Below are positions 53,054 through 61,763 of a DNA stretch of 64,000 bases, piece by piece. A model generated the notes under the pieces. That model had not been told where the DNA came from. It worked only from the letters and a program-made list of their open reading frames with translations, and did not search any database. The DNA comes from Octopus sinensis (Eukaryota), in contig NC_043013.1 in NCBI RefSeq assembly GCF_006345805.1, positions 24,738,001 through 24,802,000 of the forward strand, read 5' to 3'. Both the position numbers and the translations under genes were made by a program. Numbering within the stretch: the first letter of the stretch is position 1; the number at the start of each line of letters is the position of its first letter.

Positions 53054-55559
53054 TGTATATATGTATGTGTATGTATATATATACTAGCAGTAGTACCCGG
53101 CGTTGCTTGGGTCTTAATAAATTACCATTCAACTTTTGAGCCTTACCTCGGCTACTGCATTTGCGCAATGCTCTTCAGATTAGAATCATACACTTGCGAA
53201 TGAATCCATAGAATGAAGCACACAGATAAATGTATAGGAAGAGAACGAGTTGAACAATTTCAGCATTTCCTACAAGGGAACCGTTTGAGCAATAGATTGC
53301 TCCCAGTTGAAGGAGGTTAATGGTCAACAGTTGGAATGTCGCCCTCAAGAAGTTCATGCAACACGTAGCCGCCATACATTTTGTAAATTGGTATCCTTTC
53401 CATTGAATTGGTTGCTTTAATGTCATGAATAAGCATACTTGAGGTAATTAACCATATAGAAGGCAGCAGAAATGTCTTCAAATATGTGAAACCTAACCTG
53501 CCTTTCCACTGGTTCGTTTGTAGCAGCTGTTTGACAACATTGTTTCTTCGCATTATTATTGTGCAACTGCAATGAATCGCCACCTCTTTGCCATAGTAGG
53601 AGCACCACACAAACGCCTTCCATAAACCCACAGAGTATCTGGAGGCAGGCACCCTTTTCTGATGCTTCCGTCTGATATGGAAAAAATAGTAAAAGTATTT
53701 GAGCGTACCCCGATATATGCATGCATGGCGATAACGTACCCACTTCAGCCTTGGCAAATACGTATCACTTTGTTCTAGAGTATGTTTCTTGTCTTCCCCC
53801 GATGTGTTAATGTGAACAGGCTGTCTCTGCTGCGGTCTCTGGAGCATGCAATGTACAGCTGGCCATGGGAAAAGCAAGGCTCTTCCAAGAGAAGTTCGGC
53901 CACAGAAAGAGTCTGGCCCTGGGACTTGTTGGCAGACATAGCAAAGCTGGGCCAGAGCAGGAATTGCAGTCTTCTGAAGGCGAAAGGTGTGTCTACTCCC
54001 GAGGGAGTAAGGGGAATCCTGGGAATGAATACATCCTTACCTTTTCTGCATCCAGATAGGATGGTTGCCTTGACAACATGCTTCATCAATTTTTTTACAA
54101 CTGAGTTTTTGCAAAACCCGAACATTGATTGAAGCAGTTGTTATGACTAAAACATGCCTTGGAACATACCTAATGCATATCTGAAATTTCAATCAAATCA
54201 GTGTTGGTTCAGCAGTTTGGCCCGGCTTCACTCAAAAGCACTTGTACATAGAAACCATAATCAGTGCAAAAATATAACTTTTTGAAAGGCAGCTTGGGCA
54301 TTGATTTGATTCAAGAGGTTATTGCTTTAACAATGTCACGCCCCAGACCGTCTTTTCTCAAGTGTAAAGCCTCATGGTTCCACAGTTTTGTGGTAATTTA
54401 TTAAGACCCATGCAACACCGGCTACTACTGCTAGTGAAATGGATGAAAGAAGTAGTAAGTACTTACCAGTAGCTTGTGCAGTGCAGAGGCGGTTATTGCT
54501 TTAACTATCTCATGCTACACGTAGAAATTGCTTTCATTTATTGCAGGCTTTCCATTGCAATAAATGAAAGTGATTTATACATACATACAATGAACTTCCA
54601 CAGATTTTCACTCAGTTGGCAAACTGTGGATAAATGTTTTGTGCTGTGATATTGAACCTAGAACCAAGTGAATTTCTTAGCTGCTTAGTTATGTCTGTAT
54701 CCTGGTGTATTAATATAACTTACAAATATAACTGGTAACTGATTACATAAATGAAATTATGAGTACTCCTGAAATTTTTAATGTTTACATCTTGTAAAAT
54801 CATTATGAGAAAGTACTGTAAAGATTTGTGCAATAAAATGCTATAAGATAATGAGGCAATATAGCTGTATTATCTGCAAGCAGTTCTTAGACAAAGAGCA
54901 AGGTTTGTTAGTGGTTATTTCTTAAGAACGAAATTTGACCAGATAGCATGTAACATTTTTTTTTCTTTTTAAACCTTTAGCATTTAAACCAGTCCACATC
55001 CAGCCCAAGTATTTTACCTGTTTTAGGTTCAAACTGTTGAACGATGCTCTCTTACATCTACCCCACAATGTTATTCTAAAAATATACAATCACATCATCA
55101 TTGAAATCTCAAAATTACAATGTAATGCATGATTAATTCAAAACAGAATTAACAAGTATCAAATTTGACAGAGTAATATAAATGTTAGAGGGTTAAATCA
55201 GTAGCTTGTTAGGTTGTGGAAAGTGGAATGAGAGATTTAATTATTTCAATATGTATTTGTAATGCTTTTGAAAGACCAGTTAGAATTGAAATGTTTTTTT
55301 TTGTTTTTTTTTAAATTATGCAACCTCAAATTTTATTTTTTTTTTTTCATGCAGGTACAAACAGATGACACAAAAACCTCCTCAGTGTTTAGATAACATA
55401 AAGAAACTTTTAACACACTGCAAAGACATACGTCTTCAATATCAGCTTGGAAAGGAACTGGAACTGAAAGATTTCATCACTCAGCTTGAAGATGGGTCTA
55501 ATTCTGCATATATTCTAGACCTTGAAGCTTTAAGAGGAAGTAGCCATTTCAGCTTTTGA
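1029..55559 (+). CDS. SPG11: Spatacsin (SPG11 orthologue), C-terminal portion, 22 recognised coding exons; 5' part lies outside the window
   Basis: Spliced translation has motifs collinear with recalled human spatacsin: SCLCGWLI, FWKDC, LLIGELL, LILAHHC..CNMEGI, LLTGVGRFNEMTYIFD, LRSAILDYLKR, DAAKSYMKD, ALIVSEAY, KKLLTHC. Introns are GT-AG and phases are mostly consistent. Confidence 0.95.
2253..2327 (+). CDS. SPG11: SPG11 exon (QSSSDEDDALIINSNKEESKETNQ), phase 1-1
   Basis: ttttag acceptor, G|GTAAGA donor, 75 nt open; joins the next exon in frame. Confidence 0.8.
2505..5060 (-). mobile_element. RTE-clade LINE, 5'-truncated and frameshifted (APE remnant, RT domain, 3' UTR, (GAT)n tail)
   Basis: ORF 3276..4076 has NYRGIKLL, QFGFMPG, FVDMEKAFD, QGSVLSP and LYADD; ORF 2744..3178 has the RT C-terminus; (CAT)n tail near 2505. 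Confidence 0.93.
5728..5876 (+). CDS. SPG11: SPG11 exon (FDLNPMSAPEDVFRVIF...LAACQR)
   Basis: ttttcag acceptor, AGA|GTGAGT donor; ORF track 5682..5915. Confidence 0.9.
6954..7161. repeat. Fold-back inverted repeat of an RTE 3' end (97-bp arms, 14-nt loop)
   Basis: 6954-7050 is the reverse complement of 7065-7161 with about 6 mismatches. Confidence 0.92.
7342..7536 (+). CDS. SPG11: SPG11 exon (EANILSCLCGWLIAV...GFAIFQT)
   Basis: ctgtag acceptor, ACA|GTAAGT donor, 195 nt; matches human SCLCVWI and WNLEDL motifs. Confidence 0.93.
8177..8287 (+). CDS. SPG11: SPG11 exon (DTPMAFFLKF...HSVLYK)
   Basis: atacag acceptor, AAA|GTAAGT donor, 111 nt. Confidence 0.92.
9520..10010 (-). mobile_element. 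R4/Dong-like non-LTR retrotransposon, restriction-like endonuclease remnant
   Basis: Broken minus-strand reading with PDLAVV, KMKTVLIIIGDLAMVSKD and a C-terminal LLG motif, typical of RLE-clade C-termini. Confidence 0.55.
10363..10495 (-). ncRNA. Candidate type I hammerhead ribozyme (Penelope-type) with extended stem II
   Basis: Minus strand: TATA(A)TCT-CTGAAGA-GGCC...GGCT-GAAA-CAGCTG-TA-AGATATA. Core, stems I/II/III and a GUA cleavage triplet are all present. Confidence 0.7.
11153..11351 (+). CDS. SPG11: SPG11 exon (PSKDKMSSINH...VFTYQP)
   Basis: Poly-T/gtag acceptor, G|GTAAAT donor, 199 nt (phase 0-1). Confidence 0.9.
13261..13475 (+). CDS. SPG11: SPG11 exon (LNYSQLLQVAEIL...EEITFTE)
   Basis: ttaacag acceptor, GAG|GTAATT donor, 215 nt (phase 1-0). 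Confidence 0.92.
13620..14150 (+). repeat. RTE 3'-UTR-derived repeat with internal ~65-bp tandem units
   Basis: Repeated GTGGCAC..AAAAGCACCATTCGAGC units followed by the AGGAAGAGCATCTAGCTGTAGAAA motif and a (GAT)n tail. Similar copies at 9270-9440, 17090-17610, 49500-49760(-), 61555-61725(-) and 62220-62500. Confidence 0.8.
14334..14471 (+). CDS. SPG11: SPG11 exon (INNEKSKLQK...NFWKDC...QFFQ)
   Basis: ttcttag acceptor, CAG|GTAATT donor, 138 nt; matches human RIDFWKKC. Confidence 0.92.
15270..16180 (-). mobile_element. Mariner-family DNA transposon remnant
   Basis: LPHPPY..LAPADFHLFPK and FQKWQECWDQCIAVQGEY motifs; imperfect TIRs (catcaaatagttcctggact / agtccaggaactttttgatacc). Confidence 0.85.
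15988..17057. repeat. Tandem duplication of a ~535-bp unit (15988-16520 and 16521-17057)
   Basis: Both copies start CCATGACAAAATTGCAGACC and end TGTTGAGG; they differ mostly by small indels. Confidence 0.9.
17780..17965 (+). CDS. SPG11: SPG11 exon (DEINKC...KMWYCRIMAKVPKVE)
   Basis: ttcttag acceptor, GAG|GTGAGT donor, 186 nt; matches human IWLCRI. Confidence 0.9.
18430..21045 (+). mobile_element. Composite RTE LINE remnant: APE domain of one family joined to RT and C2H2 fingers of a BovB-like RTE
   Basis: TANAGTL..CCIQE, AGDFN and IDYVL (endonuclease), then an abrupt jump at ~19730 to FVDLTKAFD and LLYADD, then CxxC...HxxxH motifs at 20690-21000. Multiple stops. Confidence 0.85.
21050..21790. 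repeat. Long imperfect (TA)n microsatellite
   Basis: ~740 bp of interrupted TA repeats. Many shorter (TA)n, (CA)n, (GA)n, (TACA)n and (GAT)n tracts occur throughout the window. Confidence 0.97.
22505..22617 (+). CDS. SPG11: SPG11 exon (VEETYPVRSKTSALKTELLQHGKMPNISQKQSEFSDS); 5' boundary uncertain (22505 phase 1 or 22513 phase 0)
   Basis: tttttag acceptor, AGT|GTAGGT donor in phase 0 matching the next exon; only one frame is open. Confidence 0.7.
22810..22926 (+). CDS. SPG11: SPG11 exon (EQRAVSLLIGELLSE...DLAIIL)
   Basis: ttgcag acceptor, TTG|GTAAAT donor, 117 nt; matches human EQESLNFLIGRLL. Confidence 0.93.
23605..23761 (+). CDS. SPG11: SPG11 exon (TCIRLSIGSISVDEIAPEIKQLL...FRLSN)
   Basis: ctttag acceptor; G|GTTGGT donor in phase 1 matches the next exon. 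Confidence 0.88.
24485..26120 (-). mobile_element. Three stacked 5'-truncated RTE 3' ends, the last with the RT C-terminus
   Basis: Three tail motifs ((CAT)n/catt TTAAC...CCATG) at ~24487, 24800 and 25190; RT C-terminal motifs at 25740-26120. Confidence 0.85.
26392..26540 (+). CDS. SPG11: SPG11 exon (SLGSLTGVG...LCVQGKECCRRVLIAKKIAL)
   Basis: actacag acceptor, CTG|GTAAGT donor; matches human KCLHGKNYCRQVL. Confidence 0.92.
26827..26964 (+). CDS. SPG11: SPG11 exon (ILEKKYEFV...TVTDNQ)
   Basis: ttatag acceptor, CAG|GTAAGT donor, 138 nt. Confidence 0.9.
27972..28310 (+). mobile_element. tRNA-derived SINE
   Basis: A box TGGCTCAGTGG (27975), B-box-like GAGCTCGAATCCC (~28018) and a central TGTGTTCTTGAGCAAGACACTT domain. 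A degraded relative lies at 41845-41955. Confidence 0.85.
29420..30160 (-). mobile_element. 3' fragment of the same CR1-like LINE
   Basis: KHFFMLRVTEVWNKLP and LKLAVDKCTTMHF in minus-strand ORFs. Confidence 0.88.
31059..31654 (+). repeat. 5' LTR
   Basis: TGTAGTGACCC...GATCGTTACA; CpG-rich; AATAAA at 31501 and 31567. Confidence 0.92.
31656..31675 (+). promoter_or_regulatory. Primer binding site complementary to the tRNA-Trp 3' end
   Basis: TGGTGACCCTCCGACGTGAT versus the canonical tRNA-Trp PBS TGGTGACCCCGACGTGAT (2-nt insertion), 1 nt after the LTR. Confidence 0.85.
33178..33188 (+). promoter_or_regulatory. Polypurine tract
   Basis: (T)GGAGGGGAGC immediately before the TG of the 3' LTR. Confidence 0.75.
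33189..33780 (+). repeat. 3' LTR
   Basis: Near-identical to the 5' LTR: about 7 substitutions and 3 single-base indels by eye over ~565 bp, plus a more divergent last ~25 bp. Confidence 0.92.
33900..33969 (+). CDS. SPG11: SPG11 exon (LAGFLSDAIIKSLKVCAPELRSP)
   Basis: tttcag acceptor, A|GTAAGT donor, 70 nt (phase 0-1). Confidence 0.85.
34470..35540 (-). mobile_element. Possible highly degenerate Penelope-like RT remnant
   Basis: Broken minus-strand motifs QVAVMGIDMSP, FYYQFKAFL and DNFNTGV.QL; weak. Confidence 0.3.
35590..36980 (+). mobile_element. 5'-truncated RTE LINE (RT C-terminus, 3' UTR with tandem units, (GAT)n tail)
   Basis: FQVWKQGLESKGLRV, MLHGSETW and RWMCNVSV, same family as 2505-5060. 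Confidence 0.9.
37943..38085 (+). CDS. SPG11: SPG11 exon (LTVQTNMLILAHHCHTSACNMEGISNVLRAAR...EEFNLM)
   Basis: ttttacag acceptor, ATG|GTAAGA donor; strong match to human ELLILAHHCFTLTCHMEGI. Confidence 0.95.
38600..40752 (+). mobile_element. CR1/L2-like LINE, 5'-truncated, RT largely intact
   Basis: ASPGLDG, NYRPVS, LDFAKAF, GVPQGTVLGP, YADD, HFFTLRV..WNKLP; (ATT)n tail at 40705-40752. Confidence 0.93.
40830..41060 (-). mobile_element. Short degenerate CR1/L2-like RT fragment
   Basis: SATGLGGFPAFLLK...LLQILFQSLL resembles the region upstream of RT motif 1. Confidence 0.5.
41445..41628. mobile_element. Small MITE-like inverted repeat
   Basis: AAACCATAAAAAGT..GAGGTGAATATATTTAACCACT mirrored by AGTGGTTAAAT..ATATTCACCTC..ACTTTTTATGGTTT. 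Confidence 0.7.
42293..42777. repeat. Interspersed repeat flanked by (TAA)n on both sides
   Basis: ~485 bp of higher-GC sequence between (AAT)n at 42260-42292 and 42778-42793; family not identified. Confidence 0.45.
42960..43400 (+). mobile_element. R4/Dong-like RLE-domain 3' fragment
   Basis: ORF 43063..43245: IDFTVPND...EKIAKYQDLAFELQRLWK...VTSALGTISKDL. Confidence 0.75.
43446..43553 (+). CDS. SPG11: SPG11 exon (ISLLTGVGRFNEMTYIFDALKQHHQFELLMRKGMEK)
   Basis: ttatag acceptor, AAG|GTAATT donor; near-identical to human LLTGIGRYNEMTYIFD. Confidence 0.96.
43811..43856 (+). ncRNA. Candidate minimal type I hammerhead ribozyme (Penelope-type), degenerate
   Basis: GACAC-CTGATGA-A-GGCTG(gagggtatat)CAGCC-GAAA-TGT-T-GTGTT. 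Stem III would have to form in a dimer, and ACGT is changed to ATGT. Confidence 0.65.
45227..45395 (+). CDS. SPG11: SPG11 exon (EDQLRSAILDYLKRFHPNDSDSYTMVALNFTMFREIG...KRKPL)
   Basis: taccag acceptor, G|GTAAAT donor; ORF track 45200..45403. Confidence 0.95.
46120..47730 (+). mobile_element. Older, frameshifted copy of the same CR1-like LINE
   Basis: Nucleotide similarity to 39100-40710 is visible by eye; LDFAKAF and YADD retained. Confidence 0.9.
48035..48111 (+). CDS. SPG11: SPG11 exon (NSSEVVLLLQKIHQYFSDAAKSYMK)
   Basis: ttgcag acceptor, AAG|GTGGTT donor, 77 nt; matches human DAAESYAK. Confidence 0.9.
48396..48545 (+). CDS. SPG11: SPG11 exon (DNILRHAEYC...HPKFSE)
   Basis: Poly-Y/ctag acceptor, GAG|GTTTAT donor, 150 nt. 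Confidence 0.92.
49760..50847 (-). mobile_element. Tc1/IS630-like transposon remnant
   Basis: Broken minus-strand reading VQRQFRREF...GISKSSVHHILK...KTYVPKIVYALKED; TACAGAGTGCC-like terminus at ~50847. The left boundary is uncertain. Confidence 0.55.
52387..52538 (+). CDS. SPG11: SPG11 exon (ALIVSEAYNRNAVWSEAL...IIDTID)
   Basis: cctcag acceptor, AG|GTATGC donor (phase 2); matches human ASIVAEAY. Confidence 0.93.
53083..54435 (-). mobile_element. Helitron-derived unit with a PIF1-like helicase C-terminal fragment, bounded by two Helitron 3' ends
   Basis: ORF 53775..54125: FIPRIPL, RLQF...FAMSANKSQGQTL, FSHGQLYIACSR. Hairpin-plus-CTAG|T termini at both ends. Confidence 0.85.
55355..55559 (+). 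CDS. SPG11: SPG11 last coding exon (YKQMTQKPPQCLDNIKKLLTHC...SSHFSF*)
   Basis: Poly-T/gcag acceptor, phase 2, TGA at 55557-55559; matches human NLKKLLTYC. Confidence 0.93.
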
Positions 55560-57142
55560 AAAGTGAAATGAATAACAAGAGAGATTGTATTAAATCATTT
55601 GCTGCTGAGAAACTGTTTGTAAGGAAATCAAAATCATTGTCAGAGTTACTTTGTGTAAACATTTGCTGCTGAAGTAACATACCTGAAAAACTATAACTGA
55701 ATTAAATGAATGTTGAATTTAAAAGATTTAGAGCTTCAATTTTTTATATTGTGACATCCTTTTCAGTTTGTGTCAGTTTGACTCCAGTTTTCTTTCTTTG
55801 AATTTAATTGTGTTTTGTAACAGATGTAACATTAAAAATACTCCCAGACTATCCTTATGTAAGTAGACTTTTATGTAATTGTTACTTTCTTAAATGATAA
55901 CTATATCTGATTTGAATATTTCAAATCAAAGCCATGTTTTGCTGCCTTATGTTATAGACTCACCAAAAAAGTTGGTCTTCTTATCTTGGGTTAAGTGATA
56001 TCAGAAAGTATTTTTAACTTCTAAATCTGTATTCAGTAAGTCATTTATAGACCTGTCTGTATTGGACGTCCTCCTATTATTTGCTTTTTTCTTTTAAAGT
56101 TACTGTATTAGATCAACTAGAAATTTGCTATAACTTGTTTATGTGTGTACACACACACACACGCACACACACACACATTGATTGTTAAAGCTGTATCTTT
56201 TAATATGAAAGTAATCCTTTGGATAAGTTATGTCAGCCAATTTATAAAGTATTGTCAAAAAGTGTCAAGTATCTTTTTGGTTCAGAATATATAAGATACA
56301 TTCACTTTTAAACATGGCAATATTTACCATTAAACATGGCAATGTTTACAAGAACTGAAATTCATGCTTTGTTGCAGAGATTAAAGATTTAAACATCTAT
56401 GAACTATAATTTTTTATAAAAAATTAAGAATTAAGGGATTCACATCAAATCAGGAAATAATAGATATGCATGTTTTTTTTTGTTTGTTTGGTTTTTCTTT
56501 ATTTGATGGAGCAAAGACATATATATTTTTGTTTTGCAAGATTCCTGATATGAAATCATATGTTCTAACAGATATTGTTTTAATAGGGGATGGTCCTTTT
56601 TTTTTTCATTTTGCCAATTAACCACACACACTGTATACTTTATTTCAGCTTTATTATTATTATTATTCACATTTAACTGTAAGATAACTGAACTGAAAGT
56701 TGCTTGTTTTGATAAACTAAAATTCTACTTAAGTTAGAACTTAGTGTCAGGTTCATAAAATGAGTTTGCTATACCTGGAAAAGAGAGCATTAGTCATTTT
56801 TTTCTTCTTTTCTTTCTTTTTTTTTTTTTGAAATAAGGATGGATGAAACATGTTGACCAAGTTAAAATTTGTGTTGATAATTATATATATATTCTACCAA
56901 ATATATACGTTTTATTTATTATTTTGCATATTACTTAATCATCTTTATATGTTTTATCTTATATTTAACCTTTCTATAATATGTAATTTTCTAGATGGTA
57001 TAATTTAATTTTTCATTATTGAATTGATAAAAGGTGTTTTTTTTCTAATTTATATATATATATATATATATTATATTTTGTGAAATTTGATTTAGTATTT
57101 CAAATTGAATTTTTCCCTGTAAGTTTGGAATAATATTCCCTC

Positions 57143-57209
<67 letters not shown>

Positions 57210-57464
57210 TGTTATCATTTAATTTACAAATTATATTCAAATAATGGATGATTAAATATCAAATCATGTTTTGTAATATGAAATATATTTTATAATGTTA
57301 TCTCCTGGTACAACATTCCAATCATTTTTGTGTTGTGCATGCTTTATTATATATGCATTGCAATAACATCCATTGATGTGTGTGAACATATGTATAAAGC
57401 ACTCTGATGTAAGTGTACAAGTTACTCATTTAAAAATATTGTCTGAAAATGTTAAGTTCTGTGC

Positions 57465-57470
57465 AATAAA
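57465..57470 (+). terminator. Candidate SPG11 polyadenylation signal AATAAA (would give a ~1.9-kb AU-rich 3' UTR)
   Basis: AATAAA ~1.9 kb after the stop codon; not verified by transcript data. Confidence 0.3.
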
Positions 57471-57559
57471 TATACCCTAACCCTGAGTTTGTAACATATG
57501 TTGATTTATATGTGACAGACAGGATATTCTTATACTTTACTGATCATGGAAGAGGTTGA

Positions 57560-57659
57560 NNNNNNNNNNNNNNNNNNNNNNNNNNNNNNNNNNNNNNNNN
57601 NNNNNNNNNNNNNNNNNNNNNNNNNNNNNNNNNNNNNNNNNNNNNNNNNNNNNNNNNNN
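57560..57659. other. Assembly gap (100 N)
   Basis: Run of 100 N characters. Confidence 1.
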
Positions 57660-57829
57660 GGGCTTTCAAGTCGAGAATGACAATGCATAAATTTAATTAT
57701 AATTACTATGATTATAATTTTTTCTTACATATTTGCATTGTCCTTTGAAACGTACATATGTATTGAATCCTATTTTGTATTAAATCTAATTTCGATGCAA
57801 CATCTTTTTCTCCTCCATTTTTCTACCTA

Positions 57830-57973
57830 CTACACTCGCGGAGTGGTTGGCGTTAGGAAGGGCATCCAGCCGTAGAAACACTGCCAAATCTGACTGGGCC
57901 TGATGAAGCCTTCTGGCTTCACAGACCCCAGTTAAACCGTCCAACCCATGCTAGCATGGAAAACGGACGCTAA

Positions 57974-58014
<41 letters not shown>

Positions 58015-59052
58015 ATATATATATATATATATATTAAAATTAACCGAGAAGATAGCTTTCCTGTGTGGCAGATGCACAGGGGCAATAGACACCACAGATA
58101 CTCAGAAAACAGATTCCATCACACTCCAGGGGAAGAAACTAGAAGTTGTTGATAGCCTCTGCTACCTAGGTGACCAAGTTAGTAGTGGGGGTGGATGCTC
58201 AGAGAGTGTTACCACTAGAATAAGAATAGCCTGGGCAAAGTTTAGAAAGCTTCTTCCCCTACAGGCAACAAAGGGTCTCTCACTCAGAGTGAAAGGTAGA
58301 TTGTACAACGCATTTGTGTGAACTGCCATGCTTCATGGCAGTAAAACATGGGCCGTGACTGTGAAGGACATGTGTATGCTCGAAAGAAATTAAACTAGCA
58401 TGATCCGCTGGATGTGTAATGTCACTGTGCATGCACGACAGAGTGTAAGTGCCCTGAGAGAAATGTTGGACATAAGAAGCATTGGATGTGGCATGCAGGA
58501 GAGACATTTGAGAGGTATGGTCATGTACTATGGATGGATGAGGAGAGATGTGTGAAGAAGTGCCACTCCCAAACAGTTGAAGGAATCCGGGGTAGAGGTT
58601 GACCTAGGAAGACATGGGATGAGGTGGTCAAGTATGACCTTCGAACATTGGGCCTCACAGAGTTAATGACAAAAGACCGAGTCCTCTGAAGATATGCTGT
58701 GATTGCGAAGACCCAACAAATGAAGTGAGTTCATGGCTCACAGGACAGCCTGCTGTGCCTACCTTGGATCGTAGGGCAACCTGCTGTGCTTGAGGAGAAC
58801 TATTGAGTCAAGTACATCAACATCAAAATAAAAATCAAATGGAAATTGTAGTTGTGATACCTGTGCCGGTGGCACGTAAAAAGCACCCACTACACTCACG
58901 GAGTGGTTGGTGTTAGGAAAGGCATCCAGCTGCAGAAACACTGCCAGATCAGACTGGAGCCTGGTGCAGCCTCCTGGCTTCCCAGACAGTGGTTGAACCG
59001 TCCAACCCATGCTAGCATGGAAAACGGACATTAAACAATGATGATGATGATG
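57830..59052 (+). mobile_element. Two RTE 3' fragments in tandem (57830-58015 and 58030-59052)
   Basis: KLEVVDSLCYLGDQVSSGGG motif and two (GAT)n tails. Confidence 0.88.
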
Positions 59053-59053
59053 A

Positions 59054-59084
<31 letters not shown>

Positions 59085-59116
59085 TACATACACATATATA
59101 TATATATATGTATACA

Positions 59117-59147
<31 letters not shown>

Positions 59148-59586
59148 TGTGTGTGTGTGTGTGTGTGCATGTGGGTGTCTATGTGTCTGTGTTTGTGAAC
59201 AAATGTTGACAACCGATGTTGGTGTATTTACATCCCTGTAACTTAGCAGTTTGGCAAAAGTGACTGATAGCATAAGTACTAGGCTTACAATAAATAAGTC
59301 CTGGGATTGATTTGTTCAAGTAAATGCAGTGTTCCAGCATGGCCACAGTCAGATGACTGTAAACAAGTAAAAGAATAAAAAATAAAAGAATGTACATACA
59401 CATATATACATATTCATTACATATACATATATTGGTCTCTTATATGTAAGTATACATTCATATATATATATATTATATATATATATATATCATATAGAAT
59501 TAGATATAGATAGATAGATAGTATAGATAGATAGATGATAGATAGATAGATAGATAGATAGATGATGTACACTTATACATCCATCC

Positions 59587-59625
<39 letters not shown>

Positions 59626-59674
59626 CCATCATATATATATATATAATATATAATATATATATAGATATAATATA

Positions 59675-59896
59675 ATGGGTTGGTGCATAATATTGCAGTT
59701 TTGCAATAAATTTATTCAACAAAAACAATAACATTTAACAAAAACATCTTTAAATGATTATTCCGAAGCATATTCACCATCTACTTCAATTACTGCTTCC
59801 CATCTGCTTGGCAGCCGATTGGAATAACCATTTAAAGATGTTTTTGTTGAATAAAATTTATTGAACAAAAGTTGCAATAATTATGCACCAACCTTA
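59675..59896. mobile_element. Mariner-derived MITE (copy 1)
   Basis: TIR GGTTGGTGCATAA(T)TATTGC / GCAATAATTATGCACCAACC; internal minus-strand RLPSRWEAVIEVDGEY, a mariner C-terminal motif. Confidence 0.85.
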
Positions 59897-59905
59897 TATT
59901 TATAC

Positions 59906-59937
<32 letters not shown>

Positions 59938-60076
59938 TATCTTATAATAGATAATACATATTATATATATATATGAGTAGAAATTAATATTATTAAATAA
60001 TATTATTATATAATATCAATTTCAACTAATGGTGAACATACTTAAAAATGTCTGAGGATCGTAAATTCTACTTAAA

Positions 60077-60474
60077 TATAAACAATGAGAGATCCCTATG
60101 TGGATCCCTTGTATGCTAGAAATAGACGTCAAACCCTCTTACCACTAAACCTGTGTTCTCAAATTAGCAAGATGCTAGATGTTTTCGAGCATAGCACTTA
60201 ATTCCATACCTTAAGTTTCCGACATGAACAATTCAATAATTGGCTGCCATTGTGTTGGCCCCAATTTCACTGAAGAGACACAAAAAATTATTAAATTGTT
60301 CATGTCGAAACCTTAAGGAATGGAATTAAGTGCTATGTTTATTTCTTTTCACTTGTCCAGCTCGTAAACATCTAGCGCCTTACTAAGATGAGAACACTGA
60401 TTTAAAGGTAAGGCAGTTAACATCTATTTTTAGCATACAAGGAATCCACATAGTGATCTTTCATATTGTTTATA
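60077..60474. mobile_element. Fold-back MITE-like element, ~400 bp
   Basis: Imperfect inverted arms of ~165 bp, a ~45-bp spacer and TA flanks. Confidence 0.75.
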
Positions 60475-61064
60475 TATATATACACACACAAACATATATA
60501 TTTCTGCATCTATCTATAATGTGTGTATGTGTGTGTGTGTAAATCCTTAGTTATATTGATTTAGAAGCTGTTGATACGTGTAGATGCAAGCAAGCCTCAA
60601 TGTCGTCAGTGTAAAAGAGGACAGCTCACTTAATGATTGACTCCAGCCTAGAGCTGACAACAAATATGTTTGCATGCTGCGTACATGTGTGTACATGTGC
60701 ATAAGTGGACAAGTGATTAAGGTTATACATGCTCGTAAATGATACTCATGTATGAGTGTGTGTGTGTGTGGTGTTTATTGTGTGTGTGCTTATTGTATAC
60801 ATACTACAGATGCAAGGTATACAGAATCACACACATATATGTATCTGTCTATATGCTTAGACATAAACACACACACACACAGATATATATATGTAGGCAA
60901 AGGGAGATTTATAGATACATACATACATACATACATACATACATACATACTAGTACGTACGTACATACATACATACATACATACATATAGACACACATTT
61001 ACATACATCTATAAGTAGCAACCTGCATAAACTCATATACACTCATACATATATGCACAGGTGT

Positions 61065-61098
<34 letters not shown>

Positions 61099-61099
61099 G

Positions 61100-61210
61100 C
61101 TGTGTGGCAAGAAGCTTGCATTGCACCTTGGGCAAGTGCCCTCTACTATAGTCTCAGGCCACCAAAGCCTTGTGAGTGAATTGGTAGACATATACATGTG
61201 TGTGTGTGTG

Positions 61211-61257
<47 letters not shown>

Positions 61258-61515
61258 ATATGTGTGTGTGTGTGTGTGTATATGTATATATGTGTGGGTT
61301 TGTGTGTCTGTGTTTGTACCCCCCGCCTTCGTCTGACAACCGACGTTGGTGCTTACATCCCCATAACTTAGTGGTTTGACAAAAGAGACTGATAAAATAA
61401 GTTCTAGGCTTACAAAGAATAAGTCCTGGGGTCGATTCGTTTAACTAAAGGCAGTGCTCCAGCATAGCTGCAGTCATGGTTGCAAAATGTGCTGAAACAA
61501 GTAAAAGAATAAAAG
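61100..61515 (+). mobile_element. SINE with an internal (TA)/(TG) microsatellite, third family
   Basis: AAGCTTGC...CCTTGGGCAAGTG...AAAGCCTTGTGAGTG-[microsatellite]-ACATCCCCATAACTTAG...AAACAAGTAAAAGAATAAAA. Copies at 12545-12920, 23900-24255 and 59190-59390. Confidence 0.8.
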
Positions 61516-61522
61516 ATATATA

Positions 61523-61553
<31 letters not shown>

Positions 61554-61731
61554 CATCATCATCTCATATCATAGCGTCCGTTTCCATTGCTAGCATGGTT
61601 GGACGGTTCGACTGGGGTCTGTGAAGCCAGAAGCGTCATCAGGCCCAGTCAGATTTGGCAGTGTATACGGCTGGATGCCCTTCCTAACGCCAACCACTCC
61701 GTGAGTGAGTGGGTGCTTTTTACGTGATATA

Positions 61732-61763
<32 letters not shown>

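Noticed and set aside
53140-53180. Minus-strand CTGAAGA-GCATT/AATGC as a hammerhead
   Set aside because: Stem II is followed by AGTA rather than GAAA, and there is no stem I or III.
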